From a bacterium (lineage in GTDB: Bacteria; Zhuqueibacterota; Zhuqueibacteria; Residuimicrobiales; Krinioviventaceae): a DNA stretch of 64,000 nucleotides. How positions within the stretch are numbered: the first letter of the stretch is position 1; every line of letters starts with the position of its first letter. The notes under the pieces were generated by a model that had not been told where the DNA came from, made no database searches, and was given only the letters and a program-made list of their open reading frames with translations. Made by a program: the position numbers and the translations under genes. Where the stretch lies: positions 128,001 through 192,000 of the forward strand of contig CAXXFV010000027.1 of assembly GCA_963674595.2 (NCBI GenBank), in the 5' to 3' direction. Shown piece after piece: positions 10,688-21,008 of this stretch.

Positions 10688-11281
10688 TTACAGGTATCGG
10701 TTCACTTTATCGGAATATACTTTCCACCTGGAACCGAATCTTTTTTCCAGGAAAGACTCTTCCTTTAGCACAATTTGATGATGAACAATAAATGCAAATA
10801 TTGAAAAAATCCACACAACAGGATTAAGGACATAAAAACACGCGCTCAACATTAAAAAATAAAATCCCACATACATGGGATTTCTGCTAATGCGATAGAG
10901 ACCGGTTACTTTTAATGTCGCCCTTTTTTCCTCATCTCGTGATGGAATACCAAACTTTAAATTATGGCCAAGCTCAAAATAAGCGCCAAGCTGCAAAATG
11001 GTGCCCGATATTAAAAAAACAATAGACAGAGCGATGGCCGCACCTGATCTGTCCCAGAGTGATAATTGCACAAGACCGGCACCCTCCACAAACAAACTCA
11101 CCCAGGTCAACATCATGCATGCTTTAGCAAATTTAAACAGTACTTTGTTAATAGGAGGTACACCGCTCATTGACCAATGATTCTTTTTTAAATAAATACC
11201 AAATCCCGCCGCTTGTATCCACATAACCACAAAACAGACAATGATGATGATTTGATCTAATTCCAATTTTATTCCTTTCAA
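10688..11281 (-). CDS. Isoprenylcysteine carboxyl methyltransferase / PEMT-family membrane protein
   Basis: LKVTGLYRISRNPMYVG and EESFLEKRFGSRWKVYSDKVNRYL motifs. Confidence 0.85.
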   Translation of the reverse strand: MKGIKLELDQIIIIVCFVVMWIQAAGFGIYLKKNHWSMSGVPPINKVLFKFAKACMMLTWVSLFVEGAGLVQLSLWDRSGAAIALSIVFLISGTILQLGAYFELGHNLKFGIPSRDEEKRATLKVTGLYRISRNPMYVGFYFLMLSACFYVLNPVVWIFSIFAFIVHHQIVLKEESFLEKRFGSRWKVYSDKVNRYL

Positions 11282-11289
11282 ATTGTCTC

Positions 11290-11952
11290 TTAAATTTTTT
11301 GCACCATACAGGCCCTGAAACGAATCTCATTATTTGCATGTATTCCCATAAAATCAGCACTTTTAATTAAATGAAATGAACACTCATCAAGTAATATTTG
11401 AATTTCGGATTCATTATATCGATAAACAGTAACCGATTTGCCGGGTATCTGCCGGTCCTCTATGATTATTTCTTTTCCTTCTTTTTCCTTATAATCCATT
11501 ACACAAAAAACAAAAAGACCTTTGCTTTTTAAAATTCGGTTAACCTCTTTAAAGATTAACGATAAATCGCTAAATAGATGAAAAACCCCCGTACTAACGA
11601 CATGATCTATAGAATTGTCGTCATAAGGATAGGGCGTAACAATCAAATTATGGTATTTTAACCTTTTAGCAATTTCCTTTTCAGCGCATATCTTGAGCAT
11701 TCTCTTCGAGTAATCCATTCCATAGACAAAAAGTCCGGCCTTGTGAAAAAGAACTGAGGAAAGGCCGGTACCAATACCAATATCGAGGATGGTCTCCCCG
11801 GGTTTGATCCAGGCGTAAGAGAGTCCAAAAACAACTTCAGGCGCAACCCAATTGGATTTCCGGGCTTTTTCGTCATAGTTCTCTGCGTGGTTCTGAGAAT
11901 CAAATATGTGTTTTATTTTGTCTTTATCTTTCATATACTTTTTTTGTCCCAT
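11290..11952 (-). CDS. Class I SAM-dependent methyltransferase
   Basis: ILDIGIGTG motif I, GMDYSKRML, RILKSKG; start placed at the TAATG overlap with the upstream gene. Confidence 0.85.
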   Translation of the reverse strand: MGQKKYMKDKDKIKHIFDSQNHAENYDEKARKSNWVAPEVVFGLSYAWIKPGETILDIGIGTGLSSVLFHKAGLFVYGMDYSKRMLKICAEKEIAKRLKYHNLIVTPYPYDDNSIDHVVSTGVFHLFSDLSLIFKEVNRILKSKGLFVFCVMDYKEKEGKEIIIEDRQIPGKSVTVYRYNESEIQILLDECSFHLIKSADFMGIHANNEIRFRACMVQKI

Positions 11953-12770
11953 TATTTTTCCATGTTTATATAAACCATATGACACACACCCAAAATATCA
12001 GAAAAGGCCAAACCCAGCTTTTGAGACAGAGAAAGTCCTTTTTTCATTCCTTTATACATGGGCTTTGCCTCAACGATCTTAATTCTGTCATCCCATTTTT
12101 CAAGAGATTTTATACGCTTGAGTCCCCAACCGGCCAGTTCTATATTCACTCCACCTTTTTTTAATACCTGTTTATTGCCGATTTTAATGCCCATAGGTGA
12201 AAGAGAGTCAAAGTAAAAATCACATTGCCCGAAATGGTCAGCCATTGAAATGAAAAAGTCTTTTATCTGCTTTTCTTCGGAATAGTAAAGCACACCTCCG
12301 GCAATACACAGCAATCCTTTGGGATTTTTTATTTCATCATACCATTTCTTTTCCAGAAATGAACAAGCAATACACTTGTGCCTCTCGGTATCCTGATTAA
12401 AAGACTGTCTCAACGCAATTACTTTAGGGAAATCCAGTTCATAAAACATAATTTTTCCATTGTCGATGCGATCAAAAGTCGTGTCCAATCCACAACCGAT
12501 GTTGATAATGGTCGCCTCAGGATATCTTTTAATAAACATTGCAACCGTTTTATCAATATGAAGACTACGCGCTATCCATCCCGCTCTTGACATCTCGTTG
12601 ATATTGTTTGTCATGGTTGAAAAATCATAGTCAAGCATATCGATAATTTCAACCGCCTTTTTGTCAATCAATCGGGGTTTTTCTTTTTGTGTTTCAACTG
12701 CTCTGCCCCATAAAGGCAGTAAAAGGGTTTCCTGGACATTGCCTTTTTCAATTTTTAGTTTTTGTCCCAT
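11952..12770 (-). CDS. Class I SAM-dependent O-methyltransferase (LCM/TcmP-like)
   Basis: VQETLLLPLWGRA, INIGCGLDT, YELDFPKVIALR motifs. Confidence 0.85.
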   Translation of the reverse strand: MGQKLKIEKGNVQETLLLPLWGRAVETQKEKPRLIDKKAVEIIDMLDYDFSTMTNNINEMSRAGWIARSLHIDKTVAMFIKRYPEATIINIGCGLDTTFDRIDNGKIMFYELDFPKVIALRQSFNQDTERHKCIACSFLEKKWYDEIKNPKGLLCIAGGVLYYSEEKQIKDFFISMADHFGQCDFYFDSLSPMGIKIGNKQVLKKGGVNIELAGWGLKRIKSLEKWDDRIKIVEAKPMYKGMKKGLSLSQKLGLAFSDILGVCHMVYINMEK

Positions 12771-12788
12771 ATCTTTTTCCTCTTAATC

Positions 12789-13337
12789 TTAAAAAAACAT
12801 TAAATACCGTGGGACACTTTGCTTAAATGCCCTGTAACTTTTTCCATATTTCTCTGCACAGAACGTTTCTTCTTCCAGTATGATAAAATGCTGTAAAATC
12901 AAAATTATTATTAATAGTACGGCTATGGTCACAGAAAGGCACATAAAAGCCATACCAAAACCCATAATAGACACCGAAACGTATATTGGATTTCGTGAAA
13001 ATTTATACATTCCCTTGCAAATAGTCTGGTCAACAGGTGTTGAGAAATAATTTATAAAACTTGTAATAGCAGCTATTCCTGACAAAATAAAAAGTCCCAA
13101 TCCTATATAGAAAAAAATTGTACCATCTTGAATTTTAAGAAACACAGGATACGCAAGCATGAAGAAATAAAGAATCATAATTATAAATGAATTAATTCTC
13201 CCCATAGTGCTTGCAAAAGAAAAATCAACCAGGCGTTTTACGGCCTTGCCGCCAAAAAACATAGGCACGTATGATACCGCCAGATAAATTAAACTTAAAA
13301 TCCAACCGTTTCCGAATTCAAAATTAAACACTCTCAT
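12789..13337 (-). CDS. Isoprenylcysteine carboxyl methyltransferase / PEMT-family membrane protein
   Basis: KGMYKFSRNPIYV and EETFCAEKYGKSYRAFKQSVPRYL motifs. Confidence 0.83.
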   Translation of the reverse strand: MRVFNFEFGNGWILSLIYLAVSYVPMFFGGKAVKRLVDFSFASTMGRINSFIIMILYFFMLAYPVFLKIQDGTIFFYIGLGLFILSGIAAITSFINYFSTPVDQTICKGMYKFSRNPIYVSVSIMGFGMAFMCLSVTIAVLLIIILILQHFIILEEETFCAEKYGKSYRAFKQSVPRYLMFF

Positions 13338-13397
13338 TATGACTCCTGCCTCTTAACAAAGCATTTCATATAACCTATTATCTAAAACTTTTCTAAT

Positions 13398-15137
13398 TTA
13401 GTTCAAGACCGGCTTCATTTGTCGTTCGACCATTTTTGAAAAAATGCCATTTTTAATTTTTAATTCATCGGGCGAACCGGTTTCCGCCACACGTCCGTTT
13501 TTCAGCACCACAATTTTGTCGGCGTTGGCTACGGTGCGCATACGGTGCGCAATGATGAGCACAGTTTTATCCCTGACCAATTCCGAAATACCGGCTTGAA
13601 TTTTGGTTTCGTTTTCCACATCAAGTGACGCCGTAGCTTCATCCAGCAGCACAATAGGCGCATTCTTTAGCAAGGCGCGGGCTATGGAAATGCGTTGGCG
13701 TTCACCACCTGACAGGGTTTCTCCATTTTCACCAATAATGGTATGATAGCCGTCCGGCATTTTGCCGACAAACTCGTCGCACAGTGCCAGCTTAGCAACA
13801 CGAATCACTTCTTCATCAGTCGCATCGCGCTTGCCCACACGAATATTGTCCATAACAGACGCATTGAACAGCACCACATCCTGAAATACGACCGAATAGT
13901 TTTTTAACAGTGTTTCCGGCTCTATTTTGCTGATATCCTGACCGCCCAAAGTAATTTCCCCATTATCAATATCCCAGAAACGGGCGGCCAACTTGGCTGA
14001 TGTGCTTTTACCACCACCTGAAGGACCAACCAAGGCGGTGATCTCGCCCTGTTTTGCAGTAAAGGAAACGTCTAGCAACACCTGTTTTCCCTCTTCATAA
14101 GAAAAATCTACATTGCTGAATTGAATATCGTAATGGTTTGGCCTGAAATCAGTTTTTCCCTGTTGGATAGGCATGGCCTGCATCTCATTCATACGATTGA
14201 TACGGACATTAAGATATAATAATGCCGCCAAATTATTAAAAACCTCATTGACAGGATTATAAATACTGGCTGATATCATTAAAAAGATAAAATATGTAAA
14301 TAAACTGACACTGCCTGTAGTGACCATGTTTGCCCCGACAACGATGACACCGGCCAGTCCCAGCTTTAAAAAACTTTGAGAAGAGTTAACCAACATTCCA
14401 GTGAATAACTCACCGCGTATCAGTTGTCTTTCGTATTGATCAACTGTCTTGTCTAGTTCCTGGATGTAGGAATCTTCCTGACTATAAGATTTGATTTCCT
14501 GAACCGTCTCCAGTCCTTCCTGAATTTTTTCACTTACATCACGTTTTGTCTGGTAGCCAAAACGATTTTCTTTATCAATCCGTCTTTTTGAAATAAACAA
14601 TATCCCTGCGGCCAAGGGTACAACCCAAAATAAAGCCAAGGACAGTTGCCAATTAAAGAAGAACAAACCGATAGCAATCAAAATGATACTGATGACTGAC
14701 GCAAACAATTGCGGTACGGCATGAGAAAAAGTATGCTCCAAATCGGTATTGTCGTTCATAATGGTTGAAGTAAGGTCTGAAAGGTTCTTTTCACCAAAAA
14801 AAGCCAACGGCAGTTTCCGGAGTTTTTCCGCCAGGGAGATACGTCGGTTGGCACTTTCCTCATAAATCGTTGTAAACGTACTGTTGTATTGAAGCATGGC
14901 AATAAGGAACATAATTACCATAAATCCCACCCCAAACAAAACATAATACAAAAAACCATGTACAACAGTGGAAGACGGGTCGATAACTTTGTTTAAATAT
15001 TCTTCAAGAAATAAAAAAATAAAAACCGCCGGAAGCATGAGTGCAACATCGAGCAAAACCGTACATAAGGTTCCTTTTAAAAAATCTTTTGCACCTTTTT
15101 CAGAAAGGGCCAAACGACGTTGTATCATTTTAAGCAT
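13398..15137 (-). CDS. ABC transporter fused permease/ATPase (YbtQ/IrtB-like)
   Basis: GPSGGGKST, LSGGERQRISIARA, LLDEATASLD; N-terminal TM domain; start overlaps upstream stop. Confidence 0.9.
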   Translation of the reverse strand: MLKMIQRRLALSEKGAKDFLKGTLCTVLLDVALMLPAVFIFLFLEEYLNKVIDPSSTVVHGFLYYVLFGVGFMVIMFLIAMLQYNSTFTTIYEESANRRISLAEKLRKLPLAFFGEKNLSDLTSTIMNDNTDLEHTFSHAVPQLFASVISIILIAIGLFFFNWQLSLALFWVVPLAAGILFISKRRIDKENRFGYQTKRDVSEKIQEGLETVQEIKSYSQEDSYIQELDKTVDQYERQLIRGELFTGMLVNSSQSFLKLGLAGVIVVGANMVTTGSVSLFTYFIFLMISASIYNPVNEVFNNLAALLYLNVRINRMNEMQAMPIQQGKTDFRPNHYDIQFSNVDFSYEEGKQVLLDVSFTAKQGEITALVGPSGGGKSTSAKLAARFWDIDNGEITLGGQDISKIEPETLLKNYSVVFQDVVLFNASVMDNIRVGKRDATDEEVIRVAKLALCDEFVGKMPDGYHTIIGENGETLSGGERQRISIARALLKNAPIVLLDEATASLDVENETKIQAGISELVRDKTVLIIAHRMRTVANADKIVVLKNGRVAETGSPDELKIKNGIFSKMVERQMKPVLN

Positions 15138-16902
15138 GGCACACCTCTTTTCCGATGGTCCATTTAACCGACTGTTGATATTCATTCCACATTTTTGTAT
15201 AAATTCCATTTTGCGTTAATAATTGTTTGTGATTTCCCTGTTCAGCTATCTTTCCTTCCTGAATGACCAGGATCTTATGCGCCTCTAAAACACTTGTCAG
15301 CCGGTGGGCAATCATTAAAACCGTTTTACCTTTGGTCAGTTTTTTAAGAGCTTTTTGAATGAGATGCTCATTTTCAGGATCGGTAAACGCAGTGGCTTCA
15401 TCCAATACGATAATCGGAGCATTTTTCAAAATCGCCCGCGCCAATATAATTCGCTGCTGCTCACCTCCGGAAAGATAGGTCCCTTCTGTTCCAATTTTCG
15501 TATTCAGCCCATTAGGAAGCCGGTCAATTATTTCTCGACATTGGGCCAAATCAACGGCACGCTCCACTTGTTCCATGGCGGCGGTATGGTTTCCATAAGT
15601 GATGTTTTCCAAAAGAGTTTTTTTAAACAAACGGGTGTTTTGGAAGACAAAAGAAATGTGGTCCATTAAATCCCTGGGATTAATATCCTTTACATTAATC
15701 CCTCCGATAGAGACCTGTCCTTCGTCGGCATCCCAAAAACGTGGAACAAGCCGGGCAATGGTTGTTTTTCCGCCTCCGGATGCGCCTACCAGGGCAACTG
15801 ATCGGCCTTGCTCAATTTCAAAGCTTACATTGTCCACTGCCTTTTTAATTGTTTCGGGATAACTAAATGAAACATTCTTAAAACAAATATTATGACCGTT
15901 TATAGTATATGGTTTTTCCGGAACAGGTAGCTGACCTACCGACGTCAGATTTTCCAAACGATCGATGGCTTCTTTTGCCTGACCAAGTGCCTGGCTCAGA
16001 TACATGCTTTTCATAATACTTGAAGAAAAAACAGGGGCAATCAAAACATAAAGAAACATATTGAGAACAACTTTAGCATATTCTCCGGTATTACCAATTA
16101 GTAAAATGGCAACCGGAACAAGAAAGAATGAAAATCCGTTAATGATCACGGTATATGCAGACATGGGAATTCTCCACATTTTTGTGTATGAAAAAACCAT
16201 GTCCTTATATTTTATAATGCTGTTGTGGAAATTTTTAAATGAAAAAACAGTTTGTTGAAACACTTTAACCACCGGTATGCCGCGTACGTATTCAACAGCC
16301 TCGGAGTTCATTTCTTCGAGTGAGTCCATATAGCATTGCATAAAATAACGCCCCCTTTTTCCCATCATAAATCCCATAATAAACATTGACAGAACAACAG
16401 GGAAAACACAAGCAAGACCAAGCCTCCAGTCAAAAACAAATATCAGCACAAGGGCGGTAATCGGCATGACAAAGGTGCCTGCAAGGTCAGGCATTTGGTG
16501 GGCCAAAAAAGAATGTGTGATACCGGCATTGTCATCAATTATTTTTCGGATGCGGCCGATAGTGTTATTATCAAAAAATCCTAACGGCATATTAACAATT
16601 TTTTGCATCGCATAGCGGCGCATATTACATTCAACCCTGAACGCAGCGAGGTGTGATATAGACAAAGCCAAAAAATATATACCGATACTTGCAACAGCCA
16701 ACCCGGCTGCCCACAAGGCATAACTAAAAATCAAACCGGACGAGGAAACACTCCCCGCTGTTATAAATTCACGAATAATGAACCATATTAAAATATATGG
16801 GATCATTGCTGTCAAGGCACTGAGCGCTGACAACACCAGTGATGCCGGAAGCAAAGCTTTTCTGCCTTTCATGTATTTTTGCAATTTCAATAGTGTGTTC
16901 AT
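15130..16902 (-). CDS. ABC transporter fused permease/ATPase (YbtP/IrtA-like)
   Basis: SHLAAF, FLAHQMPD, VEYVRGIPVVKVF, GASGGGKTT, LSGGEQQR, LDEATAFTDPENE. Confidence 0.9.
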   Translation of the reverse strand: MNTLLKLQKYMKGRKALLPASLVLSALSALTAMIPYILIWFIIREFITAGSVSSSGLIFSYALWAAGLAVASIGIYFLALSISHLAAFRVECNMRRYAMQKIVNMPLGFFDNNTIGRIRKIIDDNAGITHSFLAHQMPDLAGTFVMPITALVLIFVFDWRLGLACVFPVVLSMFIMGFMMGKRGRYFMQCYMDSLEEMNSEAVEYVRGIPVVKVFQQTVFSFKNFHNSIIKYKDMVFSYTKMWRIPMSAYTVIINGFSFFLVPVAILLIGNTGEYAKVVLNMFLYVLIAPVFSSSIMKSMYLSQALGQAKEAIDRLENLTSVGQLPVPEKPYTINGHNICFKNVSFSYPETIKKAVDNVSFEIEQGRSVALVGASGGGKTTIARLVPRFWDADEGQVSIGGINVKDINPRDLMDHISFVFQNTRLFKKTLLENITYGNHTAAMEQVERAVDLAQCREIIDRLPNGLNTKIGTEGTYLSGGEQQRIILARAILKNAPIIVLDEATAFTDPENEHLIQKALKKLTKGKTVLMIAHRLTSVLEAHKILVIQEGKIAEQGNHKQLLTQNGIYTKMWNEYQQSVKWTIGKEVCHA

Positions 16903-16924
16903 CTTTGTTCCTTAATTTTCATTG

Positions 16925-17341
16925 TCATTTCCATTCGCAATCAGAGAAAGCCACTTTAGCCAGACTCGCGCGGGAGTTTTTTATATCGGATATATTTACA
17001 TCACGGGAGTCTGTGTTGCTCACCGAATGACCTTTTCGTTTCAGGTAACGGTGGCATTGTTTGATTCGACAATATCCCAGCATAATACCGAGAATAAAAT
17101 CCTGCTCATCTGTAAATGTGCTTAAAGGTTTGTTTCCAAAGCCACGGACAATATCAACGCATTCTTTCATACCGAAAAAAATATTAACCTTGTTTTCACT
17201 GACCTTTTGAATCAGATAGGCAATCTCATTGTGCTCAAGCCGTTCAACAGCTAATTCCAGGTAATCACTTGACAGCGTACATAAAACGAGATTACGCAGC
17301 CCTTTCCGATATTCATATATATGATGAAATAATATTTTCAT
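16925..17341 (-). CDS. DUF2023 family protein
   Basis: HHIYEYRKGLRNLVLCT..KVNIFFG..EQDFILGIMLGY..QCHRYL; family usually linked to flavodoxin. Confidence 0.85.
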   Translation of the reverse strand: MKILFHHIYEYRKGLRNLVLCTLSSDYLELAVERLEHNEIAYLIQKVSENKVNIFFGMKECVDIVRGFGNKPLSTFTDEQDFILGIMLGYCRIKQCHRYLKRKGHSVSNTDSRDVNISDIKNSRASLAKVAFSDCEWK

Positions 17342-17351
17342 ACAACGGCCT

Positions 17352-19677
17352 TTACTGTAAATGAAAAGATAAGACTGTTTTTATGTTCCGACCCATGGCC
17401 TGGATGTATGAGCCATAGGGTTGATATTCCAGATTAAACATATTACAAATTACCAATTGTAGTTTTGGTGAACCCGGTAATGAGTTGGCCTTGATGCCAC
17501 AGGCAAGATGCCACACCACATGTGAGTCGGAAGGTATGTATCCCCAAGGTCCGCCTTCACTTCCCTCTGGAACTTCGGAAACTCTATCCTGAGAAGCCGC
17601 ATATTCACATTGTATTTTCATGGAATAACCCGTGATATAATAGCGGTTGAAAAGGCCGTGATATTTTAGTTCACCGGTTAATTTAAACGGCGGCACACCA
17701 AAAAGAGGCACATTATCCCCATCCTTTGACAGATCTACGCCATAGACATGGGAGCTGCCCAAACCGACATACAAGGTATTAGCCGGATGAAGTATATTAT
17801 CAAACCGGTATGAGGCGGACAATTCTCCGCCTCTAATGACCGCATCGGTATTGGTATAGGTAAAATCCACGGATTCATGTTCAGTATCAGCCGTTTCATT
17901 GATATAATCTTGTAAACGGTTATAAAACAAGGCCAGATCATAAATAAATCGATCTTTATTCGTATGGCCCCGTAACCCAATATCTATATTAAAACTGTAT
18001 TCGGGCTGCAAATCGGGATTTCCGGCTTTGGTGCCCTTGCAACTGATCACCTCGGTAAACAACTCTTCGGCGGTAGGCATACGAAACGCCCTCCCCAAAT
18101 TTAAAGAAAACCTGTGATTGCTCTTCCAGGCATAAACCAGTCCCATATTGCCGCTTAACGCATCTCTGTCTTCATGTCGTTCCACCAGATTTTTGCCGGT
18201 TCCTTCGTCCCACAGTTGCCACATCATAACGCAGCCCCGCAATAACGCGCAGCCGGTTTGTGATGTCCAATGCGTCGTTGAAAAAACACACCCCGGTTTT
18301 TTTGTCCCGCGTTCTCATAACCTGCCACAGTTCCTTGTGTAGCATAATAATAATCGATTACGTCCGAAGGATTATCCAGCATAAAGAAATAACCATCCAA
18401 TCCTATGGTCATTGTGTTGCTTGGTCCAAATTTAAAATTAGCATAAAGTCGTGCGCCACCGTATTGATCCTTATAATGCACCAAATCAAGGGAAGTAGCT
18501 ATGCCGGAAACCGTACTGTATTTTGTTTTATAATAATCCCGTGTACCCGAATCATAATAAGCATTAAACTGAACTACAATCCACCCATGAACCGGGTGAA
18601 TAAGTATAGGAAAAATCGGAATGATTACGTTCCTCTTTATTTCGTATTTCGGTAAAAGCTTTGGTCGGGCCGTTAAAACCTCTTGGTTTTCCCCAATCTC
18701 CTTCATGATAGTCTGCATGAACCATGATTTTGTGACGGGAATTTATCTTAATACCTGTCGTAATGTCCAGATCGCGGTCCTCCACATCACTGTTTTCAGC
18801 AGAATGTCCCGTCACCATATTTAAAAGAATCGGTCTTTCGCCACTTTCCATGAATCATTATGCCATATTTTTCTTTTTGATAGCACGCGTTGGCGGTTTC
18901 GAGAAATTCATTATTATTACTTCCAAATCGGAAACCACACTCAAACGCGATCCCGGACGCCCCCAGGGTTCCTGACTGATTAAATTAATGATCCCTGATA
19001 TAGCACCGCTTCCGTATATGACAGATCCCCGGACCTTTTATAATCTCAACCTTTTGCGCACCGTAAATGTTCATATCCTGGCCAAAGTAACCGCCCGGAA
19101 AGGTCCCGATGCGCCTGTTTCCGTTTTTCATTACCAAAAGCCGTTTGGAGTTCATGCCCCGCAATAACAGAGGCGAATGGTATTCCCAAACCTGTGTAAA
19201 TCCAGGTTTAGTTGCCAGCATATCTGTCATATTGGATTGCATGTGCTCCACCAGTTGCCGGCGTTCAATAATCATCGCAGATTTGGCCAGGGTCTGAACA
19301 GGCTGTTCATAAAGTGACGCAGAAATAATTACATTTGGGAATTCCAAAACTTTGGGTTTTAAATCTACCCTCAACTTTTCTTCATTAAAAGGTTTAGTAA
19401 ATATTTTGGTCTTTTTTTGATAACCTACATGAGAAAATATCAAGTTTATTGTCCGATCATCCTGTATTTTAATCCTGAATATACCGCTTGAATCTGTTAC
19501 AGTTCCGCTGGACAAGTTTCTAACGCTTACATTGACATAGGGAATGGCATACCCGGTTTCAGAATCGCTAACACGACCGGTCACTTCAATGGCTGCTTCA
19601 GCATGATGAGGGATTAAAAGATTTATTAATCCAATCATACTGATAAGAAATATCATATATCTATCGTAAAAGTTCAT
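17352..19677 (-). pseudogene. TonB-dependent receptor (probably heme/iron), split by multiple frameshifts (true pseudogene or assembly indels)
   Basis: Fragments: signal peptide plus carboxypeptidase-like domain, plug (LRGM..KVEIIKGPG then SVIYGSGAISGIINLI in a shifted frame), barrel (GRAFRMPTAEELF, GNPDLQPE, NMFN..Y..MGRN); at least four frame changes. Confidence 0.85.
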
Positions 19678-19745
19678 TCTTTATCCAATTTTTCATTCAA
19701 ACTGCCGGATAATTTTCTTTAATACCGGCAGCCGAATTTTTTGTG

Positions 19746-20437
19746 TTAATTAAGAAAATCCCATTTCAAAGCGATATAACCAGTGCTGGTGGGTGCCGGA
19801 TCAGCGGGAAAATCAGTAACAATAAGTTTTACCAGACGCCCTTCACTTGTCTGAACAATCCATACAATTTCATCATCAGCAACATCGTTATTTGCACTAG
19901 TTTTCCACCTGATACCGATAACCAGCTTTTTATATTCCTTTGTAACCCCTGATGAAAGGGGCTTTCCAGTATTACCAAGTTTCCAAATCTGTGAGATCAA
20001 AAGTTGTATCGTCGGATTTATAAGTAACGGCCTGCATGTTGTCTGCTGTTAAATTTTCAAAAGCAGTTAATCCGGTACAGAGAGTATCCACGGCACTGTA
20101 ATTCACAGCCTGAGTCTTTTCAGACAATACGATACGCGGCATACCTCCTAACGTACCGTCCGGCTTTTCGGCTTTAGTTGTAATTATTTTTAATATCAAA
20201 ATCAAAATCAGAAACGGTTAAAGAGTCCATATTGTTTGCTCCGCCTGCTTTATCGTTATATTCAAAATCGAATCCAACTCCACCTGGATTTCTGCTGGCA
20301 CAAATCAAATAGGGCGATGACAAAGATACAAAAATTTCACTGCTCTTATTGGAAACAGGATTATTATCATCATCACTACAACCGATAAGAGTAAAAGCCA
20401 AATATGCGCATAGTAAAAAAAGTATTTTCGATTTCAT
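19746..20437 (-). pseudogene. HmuY-like lipoprotein split by two +1 frameshifts
   Basis: Three consecutive ORF fragments; lipobox LIGC; C-terminus VWIVQTSEGRLVKLIVTDF..GYIALKW resembles HmuY; directly upstream of the TBDR. Confidence 0.62.
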
Positions 20438-20479
20438 CAAGATTCCTTTCATTTATTCAAAAGTACGTTGCTGTTTATT

Positions 20480-20983
20480 TTATTTAAATTCATCTTCAAG
20501 CTGCTGCACCCATGAGGTGATACGCTTTTCGGTTAATTGTCCCTGATTATCATCGTCCAAAACAAGGCCAACAAACTGTCCGTTAATTTCTGCTTTTGAT
20601 GAATCGTAATTATATCCTTCAATGCAAGTACTACCTACTATTTTACACTCCTTATCAAGCAATACTTTATAAACTTTACCCAGGGCATCAACAAACGAAT
20701 CGCTATATGCTTCCTGATCACCATAGCCAAAAATTGCCACCTTTTTTCCTGACAAATTAGCTTTTTCAATTTCTTCCATAAAGGTATCAAAATCATCCTG
20801 AAGATCACCAACACCCCAGGTGGAAACGCCGAAAATAAGATAATTGCAGGATTCTATGTCAAGAGATGTTGCTAAAGTCACATCAAAAACTTTTGCGTCG
20901 GAACCTAATAACCTTTGAATTAATCCAGCTGCAGACTCTGTATTGCCTGTTGTGGAACCGTAAAAAATCCCAATATTATTCAT
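20480..20983 (-). CDS. fldA: Long-chain flavodoxin
   Basis: IGIFYGSTTGNTE, GVSTWGVGDLQDD, AIFGYGDQ..YSDSFVDA, FVGLVLD. Confidence 0.93.
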   Translation of the reverse strand: MNNIGIFYGSTTGNTESAAGLIQRLLGSDAKVFDVTLATSLDIESCNYLIFGVSTWGVGDLQDDFDTFMEEIEKANLSGKKVAIFGYGDQEAYSDSFVDALGKVYKVLLDKECKIVGSTCIEGYNYDSSKAEINGQFVGLVLDDDNQGQLTEKRITSWVQQLEDEFK

Positions 20984-21008
20984 AAACATTTTCCTTTCAT
21001 TGATGTAT

